Positions 46,967 to 56,543 of a stretch of DNA of 60,719 bases are shown in pieces; position 1 is the stretch's first letter; each line of letters begins with the position of its first letter. The stretch is from positions 1 through 60,719 of IMG/VR virus record IMGVR_UViG_3300033143_005582. One strand, 5' to 3'. Made by a program: the position numbers and the translations under genes. Below the pieces are notes generated by a model. That model had not been told where the DNA came from. It did no database searches and saw only the letters and a program-made list of their open reading frames with translations. This DNA is from a virus (lineage: Duplodnaviria > Caudoviricetes).

Positions 46967-48125
46967 TATAAAACTTCTTTTATCAAGTGTATGGGAACGA
47001 AATGCACAAGCTTATATAGATTTATATAGATATATTGTAAATAAAGGCGGGACTTCCTCAACAAAAACTTTTTCAATACTTGAATTACTCGTAGAAATAG
47101 CACGCAAACACCCATTAAAAATAGATATAGTAGGACAAACCACACTTCATTTAAAAACAGGTGTTTTAACTGATATGATACACGTATGCAAACAATTTGG
47201 TATAAATTTTGATAATCATTACCAAAAAAGTGCAAAAATATTTAAATGGGGAAAAGGAACTATAAATTTCTTATCATTTGATAAAATAGGAAAAGCACAT
47301 GGTGGAAGAAGAGATATTTTATTTTTAAATGAAGCAAATCATATACCTTATAATATCGTTGAGCAATTAATGATAAGAACAAGAAAGACAATATTTATTG
47401 ATTTTAACCCGACAGGTAAGTTTTGGGTTAAAGATATAATAAAAAGAGAACCTGAAAAATGTTATATTATTAAATCAACTTATAAAGATAACCCATGGTT
47501 AGAACAATCAATTATTGATTCTATAGAAAGAAGAAAAGGAGATAATAATTTTTGGCGTGTTTATGGTTTGGGTGAAGATGGTATTGCCGAAGGTCTCGTA
47601 TTTGATAACTTTAAAGAACTTGAATTTGATAAGAATAGATTTGCAAAATATTATCATGGTCTTGATTGGGGATTTTCTAACGATCCATTTGCTTTTGTTA
47701 GATTTGCTATAGAACAGAATAATTTATATGTATGTCAAGAGATTTATCAAAAAGGATTGTTAAATAGCGACTCTGCACCTTTAGTTAAAGAAATAGTTGG
47801 TAGAGACTCTGTTATTTGCGATTGTGCTGAACCAAAATCAATAAAAGAATTTAGAAAGGTTTATAAAATAAATGCTATCGCTTGCAAAAAAGGAGATGGA
47901 AGTATTCAAAGAGGAATTAAAAAATTACAAGAGTTTGATAATATTTATATTCATCCTGATTGTCCTTGTACTTTGGAAGAGTTCCAAAATTATGAATGGT
48001 TAAAAAATAGAAACGAAATACAACAAAAAAAGCCTATAGACGCTTGGAATCATATAATGGATGGTTTGAGATATGGTAATGAAAAAAGAACAAATAAAAG
48101 AAAGTTAAGAGTGCGCTCGGCTTGA
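46953..48125 (+). CDS. terL: Terminase large subunit, PBSX family
   Basis: GGTSSTKT, LFLNEAN, DFNP, STYKDNP, GLDWG, NHIMDGLRY. Confidence 0.95.
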   Translation: MESLNIKLLLSSVWERNAQAYIDLYRYIVNKGGTSSTKTFSILELLVEIARKHPLKIDIVGQTTLHLKTGVLTDMIHVCKQFGINFDNHYQKSAKIFKWGKGTINFLSFDKIGKAHGGRRDILFLNEANHIPYNIVEQLMIRTRKTIFIDFNPTGKFWVKDIIKREPEKCYIIKSTYKDNPWLEQSIIDSIERRKGDNNFWRVYGLGEDGIAEGLVFDNFKELEFDKNRFAKYYHGLDWGFSNDPFAFVRFAIEQNNLYVCQEIYQKGLLNSDSAPLVKEIVGRDSVICDCAEPKSIKEFRKVYKINAIACKKGDGSIQRGIKKLQEFDNIYIHPDCPCTLEEFQNYEWLKNRNEIQQKKPIDAWNHIMDGLRYGNEKRTNKRKLRVRSA

Positions 48126-48156
48126 CAAATATTTATATTAATTCAATAATTTTCTT

Positions 48157-48342
48157 ATGAAAACAAATAAAGAAATCATTAAATATATTGGTAATAATGT
48201 AAGTACTATTCTTGAAATTATTTTTGTTATTTCAGTAATATATTGTATATGGGAACTTCCTTATTGTTTTAAAATATTAGGTACTATAGCAACATTGCTT
48301 ATATGCTATCTTTTTGCTTATTGGCTTAAAATAAAAAAATAA
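48157..48342 (+). CDS. Small two-TM protein between terL and portal
   Basis: Hydrophobic; a common position in HK97-type heads. Confidence 0.55.
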   Translation: MKTNKEIIKYIGNNVSTILEIIFVISVIYCIWELPYCFKILGTIATLLICYLFAYWLKIKK

Positions 48343-49731
48343 ATGCTAACAAAAGTATTAGATAATTTACAAAAAAAATCTACAATAGATAGTGGCGTTT
48401 TTTCTTCAAGAATATTAGGATATGGATTTTCACAAAATAGTCTTTGGAGTTGGCTTACTCCTTATATTGCTTGGAGGTATTATAATAAAGTTTCGCCTGT
48501 TGCCGATGCTTGTAATATGATAGCAAAAGAATTTGCTAATATTCCAATAGTTTTACAAAATATAAAATCAAAAGAATTTATAAAAGAAGTAGATCCTAAT
48601 ATTCCAGTGAGTAAAGTTTTAGAATTATTAGAAAATCCTAATAATGATTTAACTGGATCTGATTTAAAAAAACAAATTGCACTATCTTTTATTGTGACTG
48701 GAAATAATTATCTTATTGTAAATGCAAGAGATAAATTAAGTGAACCATTAGAATTATTATGGTTGCAACCTCAATCAGCTACTATAAGCAGAAGTAATTT
48801 TACAAAACATATTTATACCACAGAAGATGAATTAATAATAAATTTTAGCAATACTGCGTTAGATTATAGATTATATAACAATGTAGGAACTTTTGAAATT
48901 TGGCATACAAGAAACTTTAATTCTGATTATAGTGTAAATAATCCTTATGGTAGAAGTCCTTTAGATCCAATATACTATGAAATAGAGCAATTTTTAAATG
49001 GAAATATTCACAACAATAGTTTATTAAAAAATGGCGCAAGACCAAGTGGTGTATTAATTCCTGAGGTAGAAAGCAGTTTTGATTTATTTGATGATGTTAA
49101 TTATGAAAAAATAAAAAAAGAAATAAGAGATTATTACACAGGTTCAAATAATGCTGGAAATGTTTTAATTTTAGATGGTGCAAAAGATTTTAAAGAATTA
49201 TCCATAAATAATAAAGATATGGATTTTGAAAAGTTAAAAACTCAAGTTTCTCAACAAATTTATGCTAATTTAGATATTCCAAAGCCTCTTATAAGTGAAA
49301 GAACAATGACTTATAGTAATTTTAAAGAAGCTTTATACATGCTTTATTATTTAAATATTATTCCATTGACAAATTATTTATTACAACAATTAACTATGTT
49401 TTTAATGCATAGATATAAAAATGGTGAACAATATAAATTAACTTTTGACCCACGAGATATTCCAGCATTACAAGTTGTTCAAGATGTTCAACTTGAAAGA
49501 TTACATAAATTAGGAATAATTAATTTAAATGAGGCAAGATTATTAGCTGATTATGACGAAATAGGAACGGATGGCAATAAATATTATGTTAGTAAATCAG
49601 TAGTGCCTATAGATTCACCTGAAGTTAAAAAAGAAGAAAGCAAAGATTATTTTTTTAAAGAAATGGAGACTAAAGGATATAAAAAAGAAGAAATAAAAAA
49701 AATGTGGAGTCGCTATGGAAATATTATTTAA
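48343..49731 (+). CDS. Portal protein, HK97 family
   Basis: TGNNY, YGRSPL, KNGARPSG, NAGNVLIL, DMDF, NEAR. Confidence 0.94.
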   Translation: MLTKVLDNLQKKSTIDSGVFSSRILGYGFSQNSLWSWLTPYIAWRYYNKVSPVADACNMIAKEFANIPIVLQNIKSKEFIKEVDPNIPVSKVLELLENPNNDLTGSDLKKQIALSFIVTGNNYLIVNARDKLSEPLELLWLQPQSATISRSNFTKHIYTTEDELIINFSNTALDYRLYNNVGTFEIWHTRNFNSDYSVNNPYGRSPLDPIYYEIEQFLNGNIHNNSLLKNGARPSGVLIPEVESSFDLFDDVNYEKIKKEIRDYYTGSNNAGNVLILDGAKDFKELSINNKDMDFEKLKTQVSQQIYANLDIPKPLISERTMTYSNFKEALYMLYYLNIIPLTNYLLQQLTMFLMHRYKNGEQYKLTFDPRDIPALQVVQDVQLERLHKLGIINLNEARLLADYDEIGTDGNKYYVSKSVVPIDSPEVKKEESKDYFFKEMETKGYKKEEIKKMWSRYGNII

Positions 49732-50566
49732 TAGTTATTCTAAAAAAGAAACTGTTGAAAAGAAAATAGCACTTGAAAGTATTTTTGCTCCCGAAATTGC
49801 AAGATATCTAAATAAAATTAAAAATGATTTTAAAAAGGTTTATACGGCTACAGGATTACTTATTAATCCTGATGAGTATATAGATAGTACAACAGAATTA
49901 TTAAAAAAACATTATACAAGAGTTGCAAAAGTTTTTGATAAAAACTTGCGTGACAATATGACAGAAACAAAACAATTTGAAGAAGCAAAAGACAAAGAAT
50001 TAAAAAAAGTTGATAAAATAATAAGTGCATCTTTAATAATTTTTATACTTCAACAATCAAAAAAAAGAGCAAGATTTTTAATTAAAACAACAACAAAAGA
50101 AATAAGAGAAAAATTAAGAGATGTAAAACAAATTCTTTTTAAGGATAATGTTATAAATCCAACTAATAAACAAATTGCTGATGAAACAAGTAAATTATTA
50201 GACAAATCTTTTAAAGGTAGAAAAGAGACGATTGCTATTTCTGAAACTGAATTTATGGCAGAAAGTACAAAAACTATTGAATCTAATACTTTACAAGACA
50301 AACAACCATTCAAAGGTTTTACAATTCCTTTAGTTTTAAGTTTTTTCAATAAAACTGGGACAAAAGAATGGCGTGCTGTTTTAGATAGTAAAACTCGTCC
50401 TGCCCATGTAGTCGCTGATGGACAAGTTAAAAAAATTAATGAACCTTTTGAAGTTGATAATGAATTACTTATGTATCCTTCCGACTCGTCTCTTGGGGCA
50501 AGTATAGAAAATACTATTAATTGTCGTTGCGGACAAGATATTAAATTAAAATGGAGTAAAAAATGA
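49715..50566 (+). CDS. Minor head protein (Mu F / SPP1 gp7-like)
   Basis: KEW..VLDSKTRPAH..DGQ..INCRC. Confidence 0.88.
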   Translation: MEILFNSYSKKETVEKKIALESIFAPEIARYLNKIKNDFKKVYTATGLLINPDEYIDSTTELLKKHYTRVAKVFDKNLRDNMTETKQFEEAKDKELKKVDKIISASLIIFILQQSKKRARFLIKTTTKEIREKLRDVKQILFKDNVINPTNKQIADETSKLLDKSFKGRKETIAISETEFMAESTKTIESNTLQDKQPFKGFTIPLVLSFFNKTGTKEWRAVLDSKTRPAHVVADGQVKKINEPFEVDNELLMYPSDSSLGASIENTINCRCGQDIKLKWSKK

Positions 50567-51879
50567 AAAATAAAGAAAATAAATTTTTAAAGTTAGATGA
50601 TACAGATTTTTATTGGAATTCAATTATGATGTTTAATGAATTTAATAAAGATAGTAGTTTTGGAGTTTTTGCAAATATAATAAAAGCTTATAAAGATAAT
50701 GATAAAGATATAAATTTATTTATTAACTCTTATGGTGGAGTTGTTGATGATTTATTAGTAATGATTGATGCGATGAATCTTGTTAAAAACGATATTGCTA
50801 CGATAGGTTTGGGTTGTTGTGCAAGTTGCGGAGCCGTTCTTTTGGCAAGTGGTACTAAAGGAAAACGTTTTATGACTGAGAACGCAAGAGTTATGATACA
50901 TCAAGTATCTGCATGGGCTATTGGAAAAAATAGTGATATACAAATAAGAGCTAAAGAAGTTGACAGAATTAATAAACAAATAGCATCTATTTTAGCAAAA
51001 GCAACTGGAAAATCTAAAAAACAAATACTTGAAGATTTTAAAGAAGATAAATGGTTTACTGCAAAAGAGGCTCTTGAATATGGTTTAATTGATAAAATTA
51101 TTACTCCAAAAGATATTAAATCTCCTGAATTAGAAAAAAAGGATTTAAATAAAAATACAGATTCTAATTTTGTTTTTAATTATGAATTAAAATCTTTTGA
51201 AGAAGATGATGAATATTATAGATTAAAAGGTATTGCTTCAACTCCTGAAAAAGACTTATGTTATGATATAGTAAAACAAGAAGCTTTAATTGATTCTGTT
51301 GAAAAATACGGATTACCAAGTTTTCTACATTTACATAATCAATTAGAAGCTCCTTTAGGTAATATAGATGAAGTTTATTTAGAAAATGGTAAAACTGTTA
51401 TTGAAGCAAAAATGCCAAAAGGTGTTAAAGATAATGATGAAATTGCTATTTTAATTAAAGACGGAGCTTATAAAGGGCTTTCAATTGGTTATTCTGTTTT
51501 AAAATATCATCACGAAAATGATATAAGGGTTATAACTGAAATTATGTGGCACGAAACAAGTTTAGTATCTGTTCCTTGTAATCCTAATGCAAAATTACAA
51601 GAATTTAAAAATAAAGATTTAAAAAAGAAATCTGAAAATGTTAAATTTATTAAAAATATTAAATCTTTAAAAGAATTAGAAGAAGTATTAAAAAGTTATG
51701 GTTTAACAAATAGAGAAATTTTGGCTTGCATTTATAAAATTAAAGAGTTAGCTTTAAATAAAGATACTGCTCCGACAAGTGATTTGTCAGAAAATCCCCT
51801 GCCTGTAAGTGATTTACAAGCTCTAAACGAAAAAGCTAAAATTTTACAAAACACAATTAATAATATTATAGGTAAATAA
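50563..51879 (+). CDS. ClpP (S14) + HK97 prohead protease (S78) fusion
   Basis: INSYGG, ASCG, MIHQ, DKWFTAKEALEYGLID; then GIAS, LHNQ, GLSIGY, ETSLVSVPCN. Confidence 0.9.
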   Translation: MKNKENKFLKLDDTDFYWNSIMMFNEFNKDSSFGVFANIIKAYKDNDKDINLFINSYGGVVDDLLVMIDAMNLVKNDIATIGLGCCASCGAVLLASGTKGKRFMTENARVMIHQVSAWAIGKNSDIQIRAKEVDRINKQIASILAKATGKSKKQILEDFKEDKWFTAKEALEYGLIDKIITPKDIKSPELEKKDLNKNTDSNFVFNYELKSFEEDDEYYRLKGIASTPEKDLCYDIVKQEALIDSVEKYGLPSFLHLHNQLEAPLGNIDEVYLENGKTVIEAKMPKGVKDNDEIAILIKDGAYKGLSIGYSVLKYHHENDIRVITEIMWHETSLVSVPCNPNAKLQEFKNKDLKKKSENVKFIKNIKSLKELEEVLKSYGLTNREILACIYKIKELALNKDTAPTSDLSENPLPVSDLQALNEKAKILQNTINNIIGK

Positions 51880-51880
51880 A

Positions 51881-53215
51881 ATGGAAGAATTAAAAAATAC
51901 TATTGATGGATTGAACAAGTCTATTGCTGATATCCAAACAAAACATAAAGAAGAAATAAAAAGAAGTGAAGAAACAAACAAAATGGCTATTGATACAGCT
52001 ATTAGTGGTGCTAAAACAGAAGTTTCAGCAGAACATAAAATTACTATTGATAAAATGGTTAAAGATTTTGATGTAAAATTGACAAATCTTGAAAAAATCA
52101 ATAATAAAAGAAATGCTAATACTAATTTTGCTAAAGATTCTAAAAAACTTTTAGAATATAATAAAAAATATTTTAAGAGTGTACAAGAATATTCTAAGAA
52201 TAAAAAAGGTCTTGATGAACTTATCGCGTCTCCCGAAATGCAAGATACTTTAGTAACATCTTTAAAAAAATATATAACAGCACCAAACGAAATTGCATTA
52301 AATGGAAGTTTAACTCCTGAAGAGAAAAAAGCTTTTAATACTGTAATTTCTCCTGAAGGTGGTTATTTTGTTCACCCAGCATTTTTAACATCAGTTATTC
52401 AAAAAGAATTTGATGCACATCAAATTTTACAAGCAATAGAAAGTATAACAGTTGGTTCTGCTGAAATTTCCGAAGTTGCTGATTGGAATGAATACGATGA
52501 TGCACAAAATGTTAATGAACTTGCTAATGACGATACAGAAACAACTGATGATGATTATGAGAAAGTTTCTTGGCATGTAAAAGAAGTTTTATATCCAAAA
52601 AGATTTACTCGTAACTCATTAGAAGACTCTTTTTTGGATGTAGAAAGTTATGTTATACAGAAATTAAGAGAGGGTATGGCTCGTAAAGAAGCAGCTCAAA
52701 TAATTGCTGGTAATGGTGTAGATAAACCAAAAGGTTTTTTACAATATGCTAATGGAACGACAAGAACTACAATTGAACAAGTAACTTCTGAATCAGTTGG
52801 AGTTATTACTTGGGACGATGTTTTAAGTAATTTGCCTTCTGCTTTAAGAAGTGGTTATCATGGTAACGCATCTTTCGCTATGAAAAGACAAACATTTTTT
52901 GATTTATTAAAAGATGTTGATGGTGTTGGTAAATATCAAATTGGAAATCAAATTCAATTTTTATCAAGAGAAAGAGTTACGATGGCTATTCTTGGTTATC
53001 CAATTCTTTGGGAAGGATATTTAGAATCTGTAGCAACTTCAGGAAAATCTGTTTTATTTGGCGATTTCAAAAAAGCTTATAGAATGGTTAGAAAAGCTGG
53101 TGTTTCTTTAATTAGAGATGCTACAAGTGCTCGTTCAATAAAACTCACTTTAAGAGAAAGAAAGGACGGAAAATTAAAAGACGGTGAAGCCGTTAAAATG
53201 TTAGTTATTCAATAA
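51881..53215 (+). CDS. Major capsid protein, HK97 fold with delta domain
   Basis: Coiled-coil N-terminus, EGGYFV, GNGVDKPKG, LFGDFKKAY. Confidence 0.93.
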   Translation: MEELKNTIDGLNKSIADIQTKHKEEIKRSEETNKMAIDTAISGAKTEVSAEHKITIDKMVKDFDVKLTNLEKINNKRNANTNFAKDSKKLLEYNKKYFKSVQEYSKNKKGLDELIASPEMQDTLVTSLKKYITAPNEIALNGSLTPEEKKAFNTVISPEGGYFVHPAFLTSVIQKEFDAHQILQAIESITVGSAEISEVADWNEYDDAQNVNELANDDTETTDDDYEKVSWHVKEVLYPKRFTRNSLEDSFLDVESYVIQKLREGMARKEAAQIIAGNGVDKPKGFLQYANGTTRTTIEQVTSESVGVITWDDVLSNLPSALRSGYHGNASFAMKRQTFFDLLKDVDGVGKYQIGNQIQFLSRERVTMAILGYPILWEGYLESVATSGKSVLFGDFKKAYRMVRKAGVSLIRDATSARSIKLTLRERKDGKLKDGEAVKMLVIQ

Positions 53216-53233
53216 TAAAAAAAGGTAAAAAAT

Positions 53234-53629
53234 ATGCAAAAAGATTTAGTTAATAATAGTGAAAGTAAACTTGCTCTTGCTCCTATAGTTCTTAATAGTG
53301 ATGCTGATACAGAATTAGCCATTATTGATATATTAAATTATAGTAGTGGTAAAGTTGTTTTAAAAACTGGTGTAGTTACTACTGGTGATGTTATAATTAA
53401 AGAAATTCAAGAATCAGATGATTCAGGAATGTCAGGAGAAACTCCAATACCTATCGCAAGATTAATAGGCTCTTTAACACTTCTTGATGGAAGTGGAGAA
53501 ATTACAGAGTTAGGATTTATTACTACAAAAAGATATATAAGAGTAGTTATAACAACCGCAAATTCTGCGAATTTGCTTGCTGATTGTAATGTTGAGTTAG
53601 CAAATCCTGACCAAGCACCTACTAAATAA
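53234..53629 (+). CDS. Head decoration protein
   Basis: IQESDDSG...GFITTKRYIRV; follows the capsid gene. Confidence 0.7.
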   Translation: MQKDLVNNSESKLALAPIVLNSDADTELAIIDILNYSSGKVVLKTGVVTTGDVIIKEIQESDDSGMSGETPIPIARLIGSLTLLDGSGEITELGFITTKRYIRVVITTANSANLLADCNVELANPDQAPTK

Positions 53630-53635
53630 TTTTTC

Positions 53636-53653
53636 GGGGGATTTAATCCCCCC
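53636..53653 (+). terminator. Hairpin / terminator after capsid genes
   Basis: GGGGGATTTAATCCCCC. Confidence 0.55.
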
Positions 53654-53675
53654 TTAATAATAATGGAGATATACC

Positions 53676-54110
53676 ATGAATAAAATAAAAGAAAATATAG
53701 TTAAAGAACATATGAATAAAGTTAAAATTCTAATAGATTGTAAAGCTTATGTTTCTTTAGGAGTTTTGAAAGAATTTAAAAAAGGTGAAGTTTGCGAAGT
53801 AAATGATTTTATTTTTGAAAGTTTTACACAAAAATCTGCAAGAGCTAAATCTTATAAAGAAGAAATTGGAACAGAAGAAACAGAAGAAGAAACTTTAGAT
53901 CCTATTGAAGATGAAGAAACAGAAGAAGAAAATACACCTCCAACTAATACTGAAGGTGATGAAAATACAAAAATAGATTTAAATAAATTAAATAAAGTAA
54001 AACTCGTTGAATATGCTAAAGAAAAGTTAAATTTTGAATTAGACGAAACTTTAACTAAAAAATTAATGATTAAAAAAGTAATGGAGGTAGCAAATGAGAG
54101 TATTGAATAA
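53676..54110 (+). CDS. Acidic-linker protein with Rho_N/HeH-like C-terminus
   Basis: DLNKLNKVKLVEYAKE...TKKLMI; typical position after the capsid gene. Confidence 0.6.
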   Translation: MNKIKENIVKEHMNKVKILIDCKAYVSLGVLKEFKKGEVCEVNDFIFESFTQKSARAKSYKEEIGTEETEEETLDPIEDEETEEENTPPTNTEGDENTKIDLNKLNKVKLVEYAKEKLNFELDETLTKKLMIKKVMEVANESIE

Positions 54111-54882
54111 TATACGTAGACCAACCGCTCTTGGAGATAATGTTTATGATTTAGAGGGAACTGTTCTTATTAAAGGAACTTTCAAAGCCATTGGAGGGTC
54201 TTTTGTAGGTGAAAGAAATAGTGATGCTTATGGATATATATGGAATTTTTCTGGTGATATGTCAGGAGGTGCAGCACAAAAAACCTATTTACTTAATTTA
54301 GATGGGGAAAGAGTGGTTGGCGATGTCGCAAGTGGAGACTCTAACGACTCAATCATTAAATCATCTTATAATAACTATGCTCCAAATGACGCTAATTTTA
54401 TAATTAGAGGAATAAACTCTGTTGTAAATAACCGAAGTGGTGGAGAGTTAGGAATTTTAGAAGGTGGACAAATTGGTGCTCAAAATAAATCGGGTGGAGT
54501 TGCTTTAACTATTCGTGGTTTATCTGTTATACCTGAAAATTATGGAACTAATGCAGATGAATTTGGCGGTCTTGATGTTGTGCTTAAAAATGAATCTAAT
54601 GCGGCAACATTAACTTATGGTGCAAGAATAAGAAATATTGATGCTTCAGCACAATCAGCAATTCAAAGTGCTTTATTGATTAATAGTACAGCTACAAATG
54701 GATTTGATAATATTATGACAATTGGTGGAAAAGCTGATACTTTTGCTGATTTTGATGATGCAACTGGTGAAGTTTGTACTGAATCAGGTTCGGCGGCAAC
54801 AGGGTGGTCTGGTAGAATTAAAATAGTTACACCTGATGGTAATGATGCTTGGATTAATGTATACGATACTTCAAATGCTTAA
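54094..54882 (+). CDS. Gly/Asn-rich virion protein (possible head/neck fibre)
   Basis: Beta-rich composition within the head-tail joining region. Confidence 0.5.
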   Translation: MRVLNNIRRPTALGDNVYDLEGTVLIKGTFKAIGGSFVGERNSDAYGYIWNFSGDMSGGAAQKTYLLNLDGERVVGDVASGDSNDSIIKSSYNNYAPNDANFIIRGINSVVNNRSGGELGILEGGQIGAQNKSGGVALTIRGLSVIPENYGTNADEFGGLDVVLKNESNAATLTYGARIRNIDASAQSAIQSALLINSTATNGFDNIMTIGGKADTFADFDDATGEVCTESGSAATGWSGRIKIVTPDGNDAWINVYDTSNA

Positions 54883-54898
54883 TTAATTATATATTTAT

Positions 54899-55090
54899 AT
54901 GCAGATAGACAAAAAATATTTACAAGATACTATAAAAAAATTAGAATTACAAAAAAATAAACATATGTCAGATATGGATGCTGTTTGTGGAGGAATACAA
55001 GTTTGTAAGGCTTTTCTTTTAGAATTAAATAAAAAAGAAGATAAAAAAACAGAAAAGGAAGAAAAAAAGGAAGAAAAAAAAGATAAGTAA
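54899..55090 (+). CDS. Small coiled-coil protein
   Basis: ORF in late operon. Confidence 0.5.
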   Translation: MQIDKKYLQDTIKKLELQKNKHMSDMDAVCGGIQVCKAFLLELNKKEDKKTEKEEKKEEKKDK

Positions 55091-55095
55091 TAAAT

Positions 55096-55707
55096 ATGAT
55101 TTTAAGTGAATATGAAAGATTTGGAAATTTTCCTTATGAGATTACAGCCGAAGTTGATGCTTTAGCTGTTTCTCTTGTAAATGCAAAATTACAATTAAGA
55201 ATAACAGATTCAAACCAAGATGCTTTTATAACAGCTCTTATAAAAACAGCATCTTTATTTTTTGAATCCTTTACAAAAAAAACTCTCATTACAAAAACTT
55301 ATAAAACTTATAGAAATATTTGGGATTTTTATTCTTTAAGAAGATGTCCTTTACAATCTATAAGTAGTATAAAATATACTGATGAAGATGATGATTCTCA
55401 AACTGTTGATAGTGGGGATTATTATATTATAAAAGATAATGCATTTAGCCGTATTGGTTTTGTTGATGATTTTGATACTCCTTCTATAAGAAATAGACCT
55501 CAACAAATAGAAATAATTTTTAAAGCTGGTTTTGGCGATGCCGATATAGATATTCCTTTAGATATCCAACAAGGATTATTGGAACACATTACTTATATGT
55601 ATGAAAATAGGGGTGATTGTGTTGATGATAATTGTTCTAATATTGCAATTCCTAATTCAACTAAAATGGCTTATAGAAAATATAAAATTCAAGAAGTGGG
55701 GGTGTAA
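55096..55707 (+). CDS. Head-tail connector (gp6-like)
   Basis: VSLVNAKLQLRI, PLQSISSIKY, FKAGFG, YENRG. Confidence 0.88.
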   Translation: MILSEYERFGNFPYEITAEVDALAVSLVNAKLQLRITDSNQDAFITALIKTASLFFESFTKKTLITKTYKTYRNIWDFYSLRRCPLQSISSIKYTDEDDDSQTVDSGDYYIIKDNAFSRIGFVDDFDTPSIRNRPQQIEIIFKAGFGDADIDIPLDIQQGLLEHITYMYENRGDCVDDNCSNIAIPNSTKMAYRKYKIQEVGV

Positions 55708-56096
55708 TGGGAAAATGTAAATATTTAAAAGCACCTAATTATAAAATTTGTATAGGATCTTTAAAACATTCTTGTGAATTTTCAACAAGAAATGAAGTTT
55801 TTCAAAAAGATGAAGATATAGGAAGTGATGAGGAATTTACAATCATTTCAACTCAATATGTTGCTATTTCAACTACAAAAGGTATTGATATTTTTGATGG
55901 TGTTAATGTTATAGGAAATGCAAGTCATATTATAACAAGTCGGTATTTATCTATAATAAAAGAAATTAGATGGTTAAAAGTAAATGGAGAATATTATAAA
56001 GTTTTAAATGTTGTAAATAGTGGACAACAAAATAAATTTTTACAATTTTTCTGTTCTAAAAGAGGAATTACTACAAATAAAGCAAATAAAAGATGA
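55707..56096 (+). CDS. Head closure / head-tail adaptor
   Basis: IGSLKH, SHIITSRY; synteny. Confidence 0.75.
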   Translation: MGKCKYLKAPNYKICIGSLKHSCEFSTRNEVFQKDEDIGSDEEFTIISTQYVAISTTKGIDIFDGVNVIGNASHIITSRYLSIIKEIRWLKVNGEYYKVLNVVNSGQQNKFLQFFCSKRGITTNKANKR

Positions 56097-56542
56097 TGAT
56101 AGGTATATACCCTACACATTCTACACAAAAAGTTTTAATAAAAATACATAATTTAAAAAATGTTCCCAAAAGAGCTACAAGAAGAGCTTTATATGAATAT
56201 GGTAGTATATTGAGAAAAAAATTAAAAAATGCTATAAAGAAAAAAGGTAGAACTGGAAGAACTTATAATATTTATAGAAGAGGACGAAAAACAAAACATA
56301 TCGCATCAGCTCCTTTTGAAACTCCAGCAAATATAACTGGAAAATTAAAAAAATCAGTAGATTTTAAAGTTGAAGGTGATTATAAAATGAAATTTGGTTA
56401 TGATGATAGTGTTGATTATGGTAAACACCTTGAAAAAGGAACTAAAAAAATGAAACCAAGAACAGGTTTAAAAAATATAATTGACAAAACACAAAAACAA
56501 GGTAGAGATAAAATAAGAGAAGAAATAAATAAAAGGTTATAA
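56093..56542 (+). CDS. HK97 gp10-like neck/tail component
   Basis: HIASAPFETPANITGKLKKS, Y..HLEKGT..MKPR. Confidence 0.85.
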   Translation: MMIGIYPTHSTQKVLIKIHNLKNVPKRATRRALYEYGSILRKKLKNAIKKKGRTGRTYNIYRRGRKTKHIASAPFETPANITGKLKKSVDFKVEGDYKMKFGYDDSVDYGKHLEKGTKKMKPRTGLKNIIDKTQKQGRDKIREEINKRL

Positions 56543-56543
56543 T

